From Felis catus (Eukaryota), in the NCBI RefSeq assembly GCF_018350175.1, contig NC_058368.1, positions 26,104,001 through 26,168,000 on the forward strand: a stretch of DNA of 64,000 nt. Reading direction: 5' to 3'. The translations under genes were made by a program, and so were the position numbers. Positions 12,712-24,817 of the stretch are shown one piece after another. The notes under the pieces were generated by a model. The model was not told the origin of the DNA. It made no database searches and saw only the letters and a list, made by a program, of their open reading frames with translations. Position 1 is the first letter of the stretch, and the number at the start of each line of letters is the position of its first letter.

Positions 12712-13329
12712 GTAAGTTATGTTATCTTTTCCCTTTCTGCCTAAATGTTGTTCTCCTGAGTACTGACAACCTCTATGGTTTTCACTTGTGCTTTATATCC
12801 AAAGGTAATGTGGCTGCTGATACATGGTGCATACATGGAAGAATCCTTAAAGGGGGAGGGGCATCATTAGCAACTTTTCCATTCTGCTGGGATTAGTTCT
12901 TGGATTGTCGCCCTTACCCATAAGCCAGACTAACTCACCCATAAGTCACATATTTGTGAGCCAATAAAGATGAGCTGTCCCAGCGTCTCTCTGAACCAGG
13001 GATGGTTTGGAAGGAGGGAGACTTTCACTATATGCTCTGCTGTAACTTTCGACTTTAAATAAAAATGTGTATGAGAATGTCCTATTCAAAGAAGTAAATG
13101 TGATTAAAGAAAAAAAATTTTTTTTTCCAGTGGAAGGATATATCGATTTGCTAACTGGCTCACCTTAGCTGTAAAAGTTCTAGCTGACACAAACCCTACT
13201 TTAGAAACTGGAAACTTCTTTTCCTCCAGGTCATTTCAATTGTATTCTTTCTGTTGAATTGTGGATTTCTGAAAGCATTTTAAATTGCAGGTCCTTTTAT
13301 CTCATGTTTCTTTTACTTCTACTTAAGGA

Positions 13330-13330
<1 letters not shown>

Positions 13331-13388
<58 letters not shown>
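13331..13388. repeat. Compound (TA)n(TG)n microsatellite
   Basis: Read directly. Confidence 0.95.
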
Positions 13389-13827
13389 GCTGAGATTCCC
13401 AATAAAGCCATATAGTACTTCACTTCACTAGAACTAAAGTAGGCCAGGCCTGAAAGCAGTGTCGTGGTTTACTTGGTCCCAGGGCTCCCTGTTTAACTCG
13501 AGTTCACCTGCTCCTTCTCTTAGGTCCCTGTTTCCACTGGTCACTTTGTTGCAGCTGGAAAGGAGGTGGAACAAAAGCCATGGCTGTACTGCTGTTTGCC
13601 ATGGTGACTGACTTGGGGCTGAATGGAGAATTCACTGCATTCCTGATGTTGACTCACTTCCACCCAAAACCCTTGGGTTGAGGTTGAAACTCAGCTCAGG
13701 CTTTCCAAGGGGCTGTTCCTATGAGCTGGCCTGGGATGATCGTATCTGGACCAGCCCAGGGGTGTTCTTCATCTTGGGGACTTCAGTCAGCTTGTTCTGT
13801 AGCAAGTAGATTTTTAAAAAAGTCTTA

Positions 13828-13980
13828 GGGGTGCCTGGGTGGCTCAGTTGGTTAAACATCCGACTCTTGACCTCAGCTCAAGTCTTATTCTCAGGGTCAT
13901 GAGTTCAAAGCCCTGCATTGGGCTTCACGCTGGCAGAAGCCTACTTAAAAAAAAAAAAAAGAAAAGAAAAGAAAAAAGAA
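13828..13980 (+). mobile_element. Short Can-SINE (no CT tract)
   Basis: Head ggggtgcctgggtggctcagttggttaa, ends gaagcctactt followed by poly(A)/(GAAAA)n. Confidence 0.92.
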
Positions 13981-14378
13981 ATGGCTTAGCTATCTAGAGG
14001 TGAGAAAGAGAATTCTGAGAAGAATATTCAGAATGGATCTAGGCTTATCTTTGTTCTATGACCAGTAGAAGCTCCAACAAAGTAGCTGCCTCCTCCAGCT
14101 GTCCTAGATCTGAGCACATGTCAAAAGTATGCCAGGAAACAGGCTGTCTCCAGAAGTGCAGAGAGCTCATACTTAATTGGATCCCCTGCTTCCGTTACTG
14201 GCAGCCACACTCCTAGAATCTTTCAAATCCTGCAGCAAGACTAGTATAGAGATGCAATAATATTGTTCTTGAAGGCATTTTAACCTTTTCATTGAATAAT
14301 TCAACAATATGTAATAGAAGTCATACTATTGACCCCAGGTTTCCCCACTTGGGTGAAACATATACCCACTCTATAGAT

Positions 14379-15124
14379 CGGCACTCCCTAAAATGAACTA
14401 TTTGTACCTAGTGGACATGTAAGACAATCTTCCGGGGAAAATAAGAAACTATTTGAACCTAGATTTATTTTTATCTAAAACAAAACAGAAATTAAACTTT
14501 ACTAATATTTAATAAGTGGGCTGACACAGGTTCCCCTATCTTAGCCCACATGCCAGGAGGTCAAGTGTTCTAGATTATAGAGGAGAAAACTTGAAGGAAT
14601 CTTATAATGTGGAGAGATTAATAGCATCACCATATATTTTCTTTTGGTTTTAATGTACTGGGACACAGTGTAGTTTTCGTGTGAAAGGCTGCAGGGAATC
14701 CCAGGTCTTATCATCTAGTTTTGATAAAACTAAACCTTATAAAAATAGGCTAATGGCATGAAAGCGTGTCTGTAATGTAATCAGAGAATAAAGCTAATAT
14801 CAAAGTACAAACAAATAAACAACAAGAATATGGTAGGGCAGACACCTCCCTTATTTGTGAAGTAAAAATATGGTAAAATTAAGGACGATCTAGTTCATCA
14901 CATGGCCCCAACTAAAAATACTAGGGAGAGCAGTAATATGATGATTTTATCTTTATCTCATCCCTTTCAAATTTCTATTTTTGTAACTTTTTAAACATAC
15001 ATAATATGTTAATGGAATTCTACATGTCTATAATTTTATAAGTAGATAAACGTTACATGAACGAGTATGCTCAAACCTTTTCTTACTTATGGGATAAGCA
15101 ATCAAAGCAGTTTGGAGACCACTG
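14379..15124. mobile_element. hAT-Charlie DNA transposon relic (Charlie4-like)
   Basis: TIR-like end aagcagtttggagaccactg; internal gaaattaaactttactaatatttaata resembles recalled Charlie4 consensus. Confidence 0.65.
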
Positions 15125-15328
15125 TTAAAGAGCAGCAAACTCAAGGAAAATAATATTCAATTATTTCCTGCGTTCAGAAAGCAAGTGAGGGAGAGCCAGA
15201 AAACAGAAAAGTTCTGTCCTTCTCAAGTCCAATCAGAGCAGGCTCCCACCTCTCTGGGTCTCTGTGATTCTCTAAAATGCCAGTTTCTTAAAATATTATT
15301 TCTGATATTGCACATGGATTAAATCCCC

Positions 15329-15528
15329 GAGGCAGTAAGACAATGCTGTGGAAAGAATGAGAGTTCTGGAGTCAGGCAGCTCTGGGATGTAGCCCAGGCC
15401 CTGTAATTCACTTGCTCTGTAACCTGCACAACCTCAGTTCCCTCATCTGTCACATGGGGGTAAATGACCTCACAGAGATGCAAGGATTACACAAATTAAT
15501 AAATACCAAGTGTTTGGCACATGGTAGC
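15329..15528 (+). mobile_element. MIR
   Basis: gaggcagt...tctggagtcaggcag...aacctcagttccctcatctgtcacatgggg...tggcacatggtag. Confidence 0.85.
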
Positions 15529-16159
15529 CTTCCCTCCCCCTGCATTATAACTATAATTCATAATTATAATTATGTAATTATAATTATAACTGCATTTAAA
15601 CTATAATCATGCAATTTAACTCTAGACAGTGAGGTTGATCCGAATACTCCCAGAAATCAGAAATCCCATGGAAATAAATTATTCTCCTTATCTCCAACGT
15701 GCTCATGCAAATTCCACTCTACGTGATCTGAGACACCTGCACTGAAATCCTCCAACACTACACTGAGCTCTTCTGGCACCTTCGTGATGCCAAAGAGCAC
15801 GTTTCATTTCCATAACTCTCTTGGTAATACTGAAGGACCATGTCATTAGGAGACAGAGTACTGAAACCATATCCTCTAGGGAGTCATATCAGAATCTTAG
15901 GAGTGGTGATTGACAAAGCAGATCAAATGAAAGTAAACTTTTATATCTGTAGATAAAAAATGCTTGCATTTTTTCACACATACTGTGAAAAGTGAAATTC
16001 AACAAGTCACGTTGGCAGGTGGAGGTAGCCAGAGGAGTCTGTGATTATGTGGTAGGGAAGGGTAGAGTGAGGGAAGCCCCCATAAGTGGGCATTTCAGAA
16101 ACAGGAGAGGGTGTGAGAGTTTTATGTCCATAAAAGGGGGACATGTTTTTTTTTTTTTT

Positions 16160-18714
16160 AAAACAAGCAGAAGGATAGGCAAAATGGACACTTCACCAAA
16201 GAAGACATTCAGGTGGCAAGTAAGCACACGGGAAGATGGTCAACATCATTAGTCATTAGAGGCATCCAAACCGAAATCACAATACTATCACTACACGCTT
16301 TCAGAACGGCATAAAAAAGAAAAAGAAAAGAGCTGGGAACCCCAAGGGCTGATAAGGATGAACTCCTATACTTTACTGGCAGGAATTCACAGTGGTACCG
16401 CCACTTTGGAAAACAGTTTGCTAGTCTCTTATAAAGTTAAATATAGACTTAACCATACAGCCCAGCAATTCACTGCTAGATAGGTACCTAAGCGACCTGA
16501 AAATTTAGGCTTCCACATGACCTCTACCTGGATGTTTACAGCAGCCTTACTCATATGTTGGAAACAGCTGAGATGTCCTTCAGCTGATGAATACACAAAC
16601 AAACTCTGATATACCCACACCGTGGAATACTACTCAGTAATAAGAAGGAACAAGCTATTGGTCCATACAACAACATGGATAAATCTTAAACATCTTTTGT
16701 GTGGTGAAAGGAGTCAGAACCAAAGGCTGCATATTGTTTGATTCCATTTATGGGACATTCTTAAGAAGTCAAAACTATAAGGACAGTTGCTAGGGTTTGG
16801 GATGGGAGAAGGGCTGATTACAAAGGAATTCTGAAGTTGATGGAACTGTCCTGGGTGTTCCTGCGGTGGAGGATACATGACTCTGCATTTGCCAAAATCC
16901 ATAGAAGTGTATCGTCTAAAGAATGAATTTTATTGTATGCAAGTAAAAGGAAAAATCTACCCGACTGTCCAAGGCCCAGGATGGATGCAGACTGTGGCAA
17001 ATGAACGTAATGATATGACAAGTGAAAGATATATCCATGCTTGGGGGGGGGGGAGGGGAAGAAAGGAGACAACTTACATAACTTTGGAAATAGTGTTGTG
17101 ACTGGCTACTACAAGGCTAAAGACAAAATGACTTGTACACAAAATTCGAATATACTCTAGTGAGTAAAACTGTCTCCTACAGGGTATGGGTTAGCAATTT
17201 TGAAAGCACTTTACCTGCATACCAGAGTTGACCAAACAAATAAATATAGCATCGATAGTGACAGCCAAGTTGGAGGAAGAAGCACTAAGCAAAGGGCCAA
17301 TCCTGCGGTGCCGGATTGGGTCAGAGGCATCAGTATGAACTCATGTATGGTGTACTTTTAATATATATTTAGACAGATAAGGGCTTTTCGGCCTTGGCAG
17401 TATTGACATTTTGGGCTGGATAATTCTTTGTTGTTTGTACCTGTGCATTGTGGGATATTTGGCAGTGTCCCCAACCTTTGCCCATTAGATCCCAGTAGCA
17501 TGTCCCCTTGAGTTGTGATACCCCAAAATATCTGCAGACTTTGACAAATATCCCCTGGGATCCAGGTGTGGGACAAAATTGACCCCAGTGGAGAGCCACT
17601 GAATTAGATGTATTCAGAAGCAAATATAGATGTATGTGCATGCCTTCGTTAGTATAAATACATTATTTCCTAGTTCTGTTCACTGAGGGCCTAGAAACAA
17701 TGACACTCCAATTAAAATGAGCTCACCCACCCAGATCTTGGTTTCTAAACACCATTCTCCAAAAGGAAGAATGAGGGCTCCTTAGAGAACTGGTTGGTCC
17801 TAGGGCTGGGGCAGGGAAAATACAAAATGAGCCTGAAGCATCTTGTGGTGCTACAAAATAGGAACGTGCTCCAAAAAGCAGCGTGGGGGGCTTGCTGAAA
17901 CCTGAGCGAGCTTTCAATAGCCAAAGCTGGAATTATTTAAGGAAAAAAAAAATAACAACAACAATATGGGATTATAACACAAAACAAAATAAATAGCCAT
18001 GAGTCTGTAGTGCCGTCAATGAATGGGTAGAAGAGAAATGACAACTCTTCTTCCCAGAAGAATTCAAATCAGTAAATGTAGAACAAATGAAGGAAACCAG
18101 AGACTCATTTGAATACCACAGGAATAACTGCGACAGGAAAGAATGACATAATGAGTGCTGAAATTAGTAGGTGAAAGTTTAAGGAGAAACCTGGCAGACA
18201 TTGTTGTGACCAAATGATCAGTGTCAACATACCTGGAAATGAATCCACACCAATATCATCTACTCCCTAATAGGACGCAACAACAAGGGCACCTCACCTC
18301 TCAAATTTATAACCTTTAAATTACCAGAAGACAACAGACAAATCCAAATTGAGGGGCATTTTACAACATACCTAATAGTCTTCAAAACTGTCAAGACCAC
18401 AAAAGACAAGACCAGGAAACCATAACAGATTAGAAGAGATTAAGGAGGCATGACAACTAAAAACGCCATGACATTCTGGAATAAAAAAAAATGACATTGA
18501 ATAGAGAAACTTGGGAAATCTGATTAAAGTTTGTAACTTGGTTAACTGTTTTGTATCAGTGTTAATTTCTTAATTTTGCCATTTGCGTCGTGATTAGGTG
18601 AGGTGCTGATGCTGGACGAAGCTGAGCAAAGACAATATGAGAACTCTCTGGATTGACTATTTTTGCAAATTTCCTAAGTCTAAAATTATGCAAAAATAAA
18701 GAAGTTTTTTAAAA
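16160..18714 (+). mobile_element. L1MC/L1MD-type LINE, ORF2 C-terminal relic plus long 3'UTR
   Basis: Frame near 16190 translates HFTKEDIQVASKHTGRWSTSLVIRGIQTEIT (L1 ORF2p C-terminal region); 3'UTR motifs ccaggatggatgcagactgtggcaaatgaa and cagatcttggtttctaaacaccattctcc. Confidence 0.9.
17379..17601 (-). mobile_element. MER20 (hAT-Charlie) nested in L1
   Basis: ggcagtattgacattttgggctggataattctttg...cctgtgcattgt...ccccagtggagagccactg matches the reverse complement of the recalled MER20 consensus. Confidence 0.9.
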
Positions 18715-18754
18715 TATGAGAATCTGAAACAATAAAAAAAATAAAAGAGAAAAA

Positions 18755-18975
18755 GGGGGTCACCTGGGTGGCTCAGTTGGTTGAGTGTCCGATTTTGGCT
18801 CAGGTCATGATCTCACGGTTCATGAGCTCGAGACCCGCATCAGGCTCTTTGCTGTCAGCACAGAGCCTGCTGTGGATCCTCTGTCCCTCTCTCTCTGCTC
18901 CGCCCCTGCTTGTTCTCTCTCTCTGTCTCTCGCTGTCTCTCTCAAAAATAAATAAACATTAAAAATAATAATAAA
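18755..18975 (+). mobile_element. Can-SINE (SINEC)
   Basis: tRNA-like head, CT-rich body, aaaaataaataaacattaaaa tail. Confidence 0.95.
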
Positions 18976-19544
18976 AGATGAGAATCGTGGAGGCATTCCT
19001 CTGCACGACATACTCAGTTCAATCATAACACATAAGTTATATTCCAAATGCTATTCATTAGCCCTAAAAATGAGTATATTTTTGAGTAACTTCTACCAAA
19101 AGGTACATGGAGGTAATTAAGTAACTGAGTAATTCTGAGAGCTCTAAGAACCCACCATATATTCTTTGGCATCAATTACTTCTAAGAATTGCATGTTCAG
19201 TCCTATGTTTTCGAGATCTATAAAACATGTCATGTTTTTCCTATACCTTGTGAGTTTGCTATAACCTAAAAGAGAGCATATGGCTCCAAAGTGGTGGTTC
19301 GAATCGTTCTGAATGAAAACGAAAAGAGACGGACAACTTCACTTCTTTTCTTGGTGAAGCCACTTCTCCCCTCCTCCTCTAAGTATTTTTCACAAGGTTT
19401 TCCATCTGATCGACCTGAAACGTGCAATATTAGGGGGAGCTGCTTGGAATGGAGACCCGGACCCACCAGGGGAGCAGGGTAGAGAGCCAGACCCTGTGTC
19501 GGAGACGGAAGTGCCAAAGACAGTCGAGAAGAACGTCTCCCTTC

Positions 19545-19745
19545 TCACTTCTGCCGAGTGCCCAGCCTGTGCCAGAGACTCCGTCCTCACAACCCCCCGT
19601 GAGGTGCTGGAGTATCGTCCAGTTTAGTAGATGAGAAAACTGGCGCTGCGAATGGCTGAGTCAGTTGCCCAAGGCCACGTGGCTACAAGTGGCGGAGCGA
19701 GAGGTCTTGGGACCAAACGTTCTAATGCCACAGCCAACACCACTG
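19545..19745 (-). mobile_element. MIR (unusually CpG-rich copy)
   Basis: tcctcacaacccc..gtgaggt...agatgagaaaactg...ttgcccaaggccacgtggctacaagtggcggagc. Confidence 0.85.
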
Positions 19746-20069
19746 CCACTTTTCCTCCAGTCCTGAGAGTGCTTGCGGGGGTTAAGCAGCCTAAGGCTGA
19801 GAACCAGGAAGTCATTCCGGTCAGAAGCAAGACAAGGGTCTGGCAGTCAGACCGGCTGGCATGGGTCAAGGCAGGCAGAGGGGCTGGAGCTCGATGGTCA
19901 AGCGAGTAACTGCAAGGGGCAGGGAATGTTAGCTCCACGGACTTTGGTTTTCCTGCCTGGAGTAGGAACTGAAGGTGGGTGTGAGCTGAGCCGACCTGCG
20001 GTTGTGTGAGGAAGGAGGCAGCGAGCCGAACGGGCAAGAGAACAGGATGAGACTCACACTGCCAGGACG

Positions 20070-20155
20070 CGAGCCTGCCTGCTGAATGACATTGGGCAAG
20101 GAACTTACCTCTCTGAGCCTCAGTTTCCTCATCTGTAAAACAGAAATCATAATTG
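20070..20155 (+). mobile_element. MIR core (3' part resumes ~20738-20790 after an L2)
   Basis: ttgggcaaggaacttacctctctgagcctcagtttcctcatctgtaaaa. Confidence 0.85.
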
Positions 20156-20159
20156 TGAG

Positions 20160-20728
20160 CCAGATCATGTCACTTCTCTCCTCAAATCCTCCAGTGGCGT
20201 CTGATCGCCCTCAGAACAAAACCCCCCAAACCCGCAAGGCCCCCCGTGTGACGCGGCCCGTGGATCCTCGCCGACCTCTCATCCCGCTTCTCGCTCACAT
20301 CGCTGCAGCCGCCCCGACCTCTTGGCTTTTCTTCCTACACCTGCTCACTCACCTCAGTAGACAGTTTGGAGCCTAGTGTCCAGGTCATCTTTCAATCTTT
20401 CAACAGGTGTCACTTTTCCTGGAATGCTCTTCCCCCAGATCTGTGTATGGTTCATTCCTCTATTAATCCAGGCCCCTCTTCCCTGCTGCTCCTCCGCTAC
20501 CCCCCCCCCCCCACCTTCTCTATCCCCTTCATCCCCTTCCTCTACTTCATTCTTCCACCTCGTTTTCACCACCACTTGGCGTGACGTTACAGAGCCATGC
20601 GTGTGTTTGCTGTTGTCTTTCTCACTCGAGTGTCGGCTCAGCTCAACGAGAACAGTGACTTTGTCACGTCTAATCACTGTATTCCTACTGCCTACCTCAG
20701 AGTGGGTACTCACATATTGGATGAGCTT
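20160..20728 (+). mobile_element. L2 3' end
   Basis: cagatcatgtcacttctctcctcaaa...cctggaatgctcttcccccagat...cactgtattcc. Confidence 0.8.
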
Positions 20729-21239
20729 GTAACACCGTTGTGTTACAAAATTAGATAATGCCTGTAAAATGCTTGTTAGCGCTCGATATTAAAGGGTAGA
20801 ACAGGGAACGCAGACACAGTTTGATGCTTGCTGAATATTGGGTAAGAGAGCTAGGAATATGGGGCGGTTCTTACCTGTTGGCAAGGTAACTAAAACATAG
20901 ACACCAACGTAAAAGTTCATTGTTATGAAGTTCTAGAGAAGTCACCGTGTCACGTAGAGAGGGAAGGTGGCTGTGACTACTGCAGGGATGGGGCATTTGA
21001 TGATATGAGGAAGGCCCCCACGTTTCTTTTTTTTCCAGTTCTCATACCTTCTATAACCAAACGCTCTCCAGATAGTGCCACATTTTCATTTTTATTGGTG
21101 GCAGCACAAGATATTCTTCATGCGTTGGTACACATGGCCGATCTAATTGTTATGAGCTGGTATTTGAAATACAACTCTGCCACGGATGGACGAATCTGTT
21201 AGAGGACCTGGGCTGGAAAGAGGATCCCTTCTCCCCGAC

Positions 21240-21841
21240 TACTGCAAAAAATCTCCCAACCATTTGCCTTCAGTCTCTTGCTTCTCTTCACGATCCATCT
21301 CAGATTATTTTCCCACAGCAGGGGATGGAGCACATCTCTGAATCCACTGTGGAACACCGTTACCTCCTGAATAGCACAGAAACTCCTTACTGTCCCATTC
21401 ACAGCCTTCCACAGTTCGATTCCAAATGCCTTTCCAGCCTCACACTGGATCCCTCCACAGTCTCTGGTTCCCAGGCAGAGGGCATCACTGCTCCTTACAC
21501 GGTTATCTGCATTCGCACCTGTGTCCTTATTCCCGAACCTGAAACTTCTCCCTTCCACCCACCACCCACACTGCCGTCAAAATTCTGCTCAAGGCCTAGT
21601 TCAAGCCCACATTCCTGTGACTTCTCTTTTGAACGCAGAGCTTTCCTGTGTCCTCCGCATGCCCTTTACTTGTTCTTCCATCATACACTTAATTCATTTT
21701 GCATGTTCTAGTTGGTGTTTTGTGTCTATCTTTTCTGCTACAGCCAAGGTTGGGGAGGGAGACTGTGTCATATTCTTTTTTGGTTAAGCCTTCAGGGCTT
21801 TGTACAAAGTGGGTGATCCATGGAGGTCTGATGAATGCATG
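21240..21841 (+). mobile_element. Diverged L2 3' end
   Basis: Pyrimidine-rich L2-like body; gagggagactgtgtc...gatgaatgcatg terminus. Confidence 0.55.
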
Positions 21842-22328
21842 TTCCCTGGGTAGTTCAGCTTAGCCTCTGTGGTTGGTTTAATATTTATAGAGAGTCCACG
21901 GTGAGGGAGACGTGAGACAGAGCTCAGCAGTGTCGGCTCGGCCACTCACGTGGCCGATGAGATGTGTAACAAAACTAATTACATGAACTTGGTTTGAATT
22001 TTTTAGGTTAATTTTTTTTTTTTTTATGAAAATACAGGTAAAAGGTAGCAGCTGTCTGAGGGGAGAAAATAGGCCAAAACACCAGACGAGACCACATATA
22101 ACAAACGGTGCTGTTAATCCCTTAATATCTTTTGATTTTTTATGACATTCTAATGCTCATATTCATCCCCTCATTTGGCACAGCAGTTACTTAACTAGCA
22201 AAGAATTGAAGTGTCATAGTTTCTAACAGGATTGAGATATGGTGGTGCACTTATATAACTGAGCTTTAAGCAGTGGGGTGGGAGAGAATAATTAGGAAAG
22301 TTACCTAATGTTAATTGGAGGTTATTTT

Positions 22329-22565
22329 AATTTTTTTTTTTTTTTTTTTTTTTTAGTGTTTTACTTTTTGTTTTTGGGAGACAGAAAAAAACGTGAGTGG
22401 TAGAGGGGCAGAGAGAGGGAGAGAGGGAGACAACAGAATCTGAAGCAGGCTCCAGGCTCTGAGCTGTCAGCACAGAGGGCGACACGGGGCTCAAACTCAC
22501 GAACTGTGAAATCATGACCTGAGCTGAAGTTGAATGCTTAACCGACTGAGCCACCCAGGCACCCC
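22329..22565 (-). mobile_element. Can-SINE (SINEC)
   Basis: Perfect TSD tggaggttatttt at 22316-22328 and 22566-22578; long T tail. Confidence 0.97.
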
Positions 22566-22579
22566 TGGAGGTTATTTTT

Positions 22580-23260
22580 ATAGAACAAAGAATTGGAAAC
22601 TACCTAAATGTTCATCAGTTGGGCACCATTAAAGCAACTGGAGTATGAACACATTTTTTTTTTTAATGTTTTATTTGTTTTTGAGACAGAGAGAGACAGA
22701 GCATGAGCAGGGGAGGGGCAGAGAGAGAGGGAAACACAGAATCCGAAGCAGGCTCCAGGCTCCGAGCTGTCAGCACAGAGCCCGACGCGGGGCTCGAACT
22801 CACAAACCACGAGATCATGACCTGAGCCGAAGTCAGATGCCCAATCGACTGAGCCACCCAGGTGCCCCAGAGTATGCACATATCTTGTAGCGCATTGTAC
22901 CAGCATGGGAACATATGCGTAATATGTAGTTAAGGGAAAAGGGCAAGTGCAAAATAATACATGTGGTTTGATGCACTTTATGTTGGGGAAAACTTTATAT
23001 AAGTGCACGTGAATGCAAGTAAAAAACATAAATTATATATCTACACACATCCACATACATATATACACACACATACACTTGTATATAATATATTTTTGTC
23101 TGGAAGAATATGTACACTAAACTGTTAGCAGCAGTTACCTGTAAGAAAAGGAACTGGAGGGGAAGCACCAAGTGGGGGAAAGGGAGGGATAATATTCAGT
23201 TCTAATTCTTTATATTGCTGTGTTATTTGAATTTGTTATGAGTGCATGTTATGTTTGCAA
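22580..23260 (+). mobile_element. Old L1ME 3' fragment, interrupted by a SINE
   Basis: aattggaaactacctaaatgttcatcagt...tctggaagaatatgtacactaaactgttagcagcagttacct. Confidence 0.7.
22654..22868 (-). mobile_element. Can-SINE (SINEC)
   Basis: Full reverse SINE body; imperfect TSD gagtatg(a/c)..aca. Confidence 0.97.
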
Positions 23261-23704
23261 TTATCAGCAACAGCAGCAGCAGCAGCAGCGAATCCTTTCA
23301 AGAAAGAGGACACTCGCTGGGCAGAAGCGTGTTGGAATGTGAGTAAACACACAGAGGGCCTCAGAAACCTAGAGAGCAGCAGCGGTCAGGGGGCCGCACA
23401 CAAGCCGAAGCCACCGTCCTCTGTGAGGATCGGTCCCCGCTGCTGCAGAATGTGCACAGGTCACTGCCAACCCCACGGTAACACACCCCCAGGGAGTCAC
23501 CCTGGCTCCTTAATCAGGGTCACATGGTTCTCTCTCCTGTGGGAAACCCCTTCAGGAGAGGATTCGAGCTTGGGAGCGCAGGCTGGAATCCACTTACTGT
23601 TCTTTCTCATGCCTAAGCCAGGCCACTCTGGCCATATTTCAGTGTGTTCAATTCAGATCACATTTGAGCCTCCAGAAGGGACACCTAATCAACACCACTG
23701 TTTT

Positions 23705-23939
23705 CTCTCTTTTTTTTTTTTTTAATTTTTTTTTTTCAACGTTTATTTATTTTTGGGACAGAGAGAGACAGAGCATGAACGGGGGAGGGGCAGAGAGAGA
23801 GGGAGACACAGAATCGGAAACAGGCTCCAGGCTCTGAGCCATCAGCTCAGAGCCCGACACGGGGCTCGAACTCACGGACCGCGAGATCGTGACCTGGCTG
23901 AAGTCGGACGCTTAACCGACTGCGCCACCCAGGCGCCCC
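23705..23939 (-). mobile_element. Young felid SINEC_Fc-type SINE
   Basis: Diagnostic gactgcgccacccaggcgcccc, gacctggctgaagtcgg, gccatcagc, aatcggaaac; CpGs retained; perfect TSD caacaccactgtttt at 23690-23704 and 23940-23954. Confidence 0.97.
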
Positions 23940-24383
23940 CAACACCACTGTTTTTATAAGCATTCGTAAACAATTTTGAGGGATATACTTAAGTTACTCA
24001 TTGGTTCTGATTTTTAGATAAAGCTGTCTCAGTTCATCTCTCCTCCTAATACGTGTCTCAAATAGTTCCTGCTCAAAGCCAGATTTAGTTGGTTGTTTCT
24101 GTGCAAAGTTGGTATAGGAGACAGAGCCCTGGAGGGCAGGCTTTGCCCTGAACCTTCCGTAGAACCTCGAACAGAGCTTATTTTCTTATCTGTGCTTCAG
24201 TGTCCTCGTCTATTAAATGAAAGAGTTGTACCCAGTAATGTCCAAGGTCATTGTAAGCACTAACATTTGTAATCTGGTCTGTGAACCTTTGGATGAACAT
24301 ATATCCAGGGCTTTGTGGGGGCCAAGGTGAGGCCCACAGACTTACAGTATAAATGACTTATTCAAATCCTTCCCCTTAAAAAA

Positions 24384-24592
24384 ATTTTTTTTTCATGTTT
24401 TTATTTATTTTTGAGACAGACAGAGCATGAGCAGGAGAGGGGCAGAGAGAGGGGGAAACACAGAATCCGAAGCGGTCTCCAGGCTCTGAGCTGTCAGCAC
24501 AGAGCCCAACGCGGGGCTCAAACTCATGGAGTGTGAGATCATGACCTGAGCTGAAGTCAAATGCTTAACCGACTGAGCTACCCAGGTGCCCC
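24384..24592 (-). mobile_element. Can-SINE inserted into the tail of the adjacent SINE
   Basis: Full reverse body; flanked by taaaaaa(a)ttttttt on both sides. Confidence 0.95.
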
Positions 24593-24817
24593 TAAAAAAT
24601 TTTTTTTATGTTTTTTTATTTTTGAGAGAGAGAGAGAGAGAGACAGAGTGGGTGGGAGAGGGGCAGAGAGAGAGAGAGGGAGACACAGAATCTGAAGCAG
24701 GCTCAGGCTCTGAGCTGTCAGCACGGGGGACTGATGCAAGGCTCGAACTCACAAACCTTGAGATCATGCCCTGAGCCGAAGTTGGATGCCCAACCTACTG
24801 AGCCACCCAGGTGCCCC
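24593..24817 (-). mobile_element. Can-SINE (outer element of a tandem pair)
   Basis: Outer TSD tcaaatcctt at 24362-24371 and 24818-24827 encloses both SINEs. Confidence 0.95.

Noticed and set aside
19266..19517. Minus-strand 83-aa ORF with a possible acceptor near 19415
   Set aside because: No convincing donor and no recognisable homology
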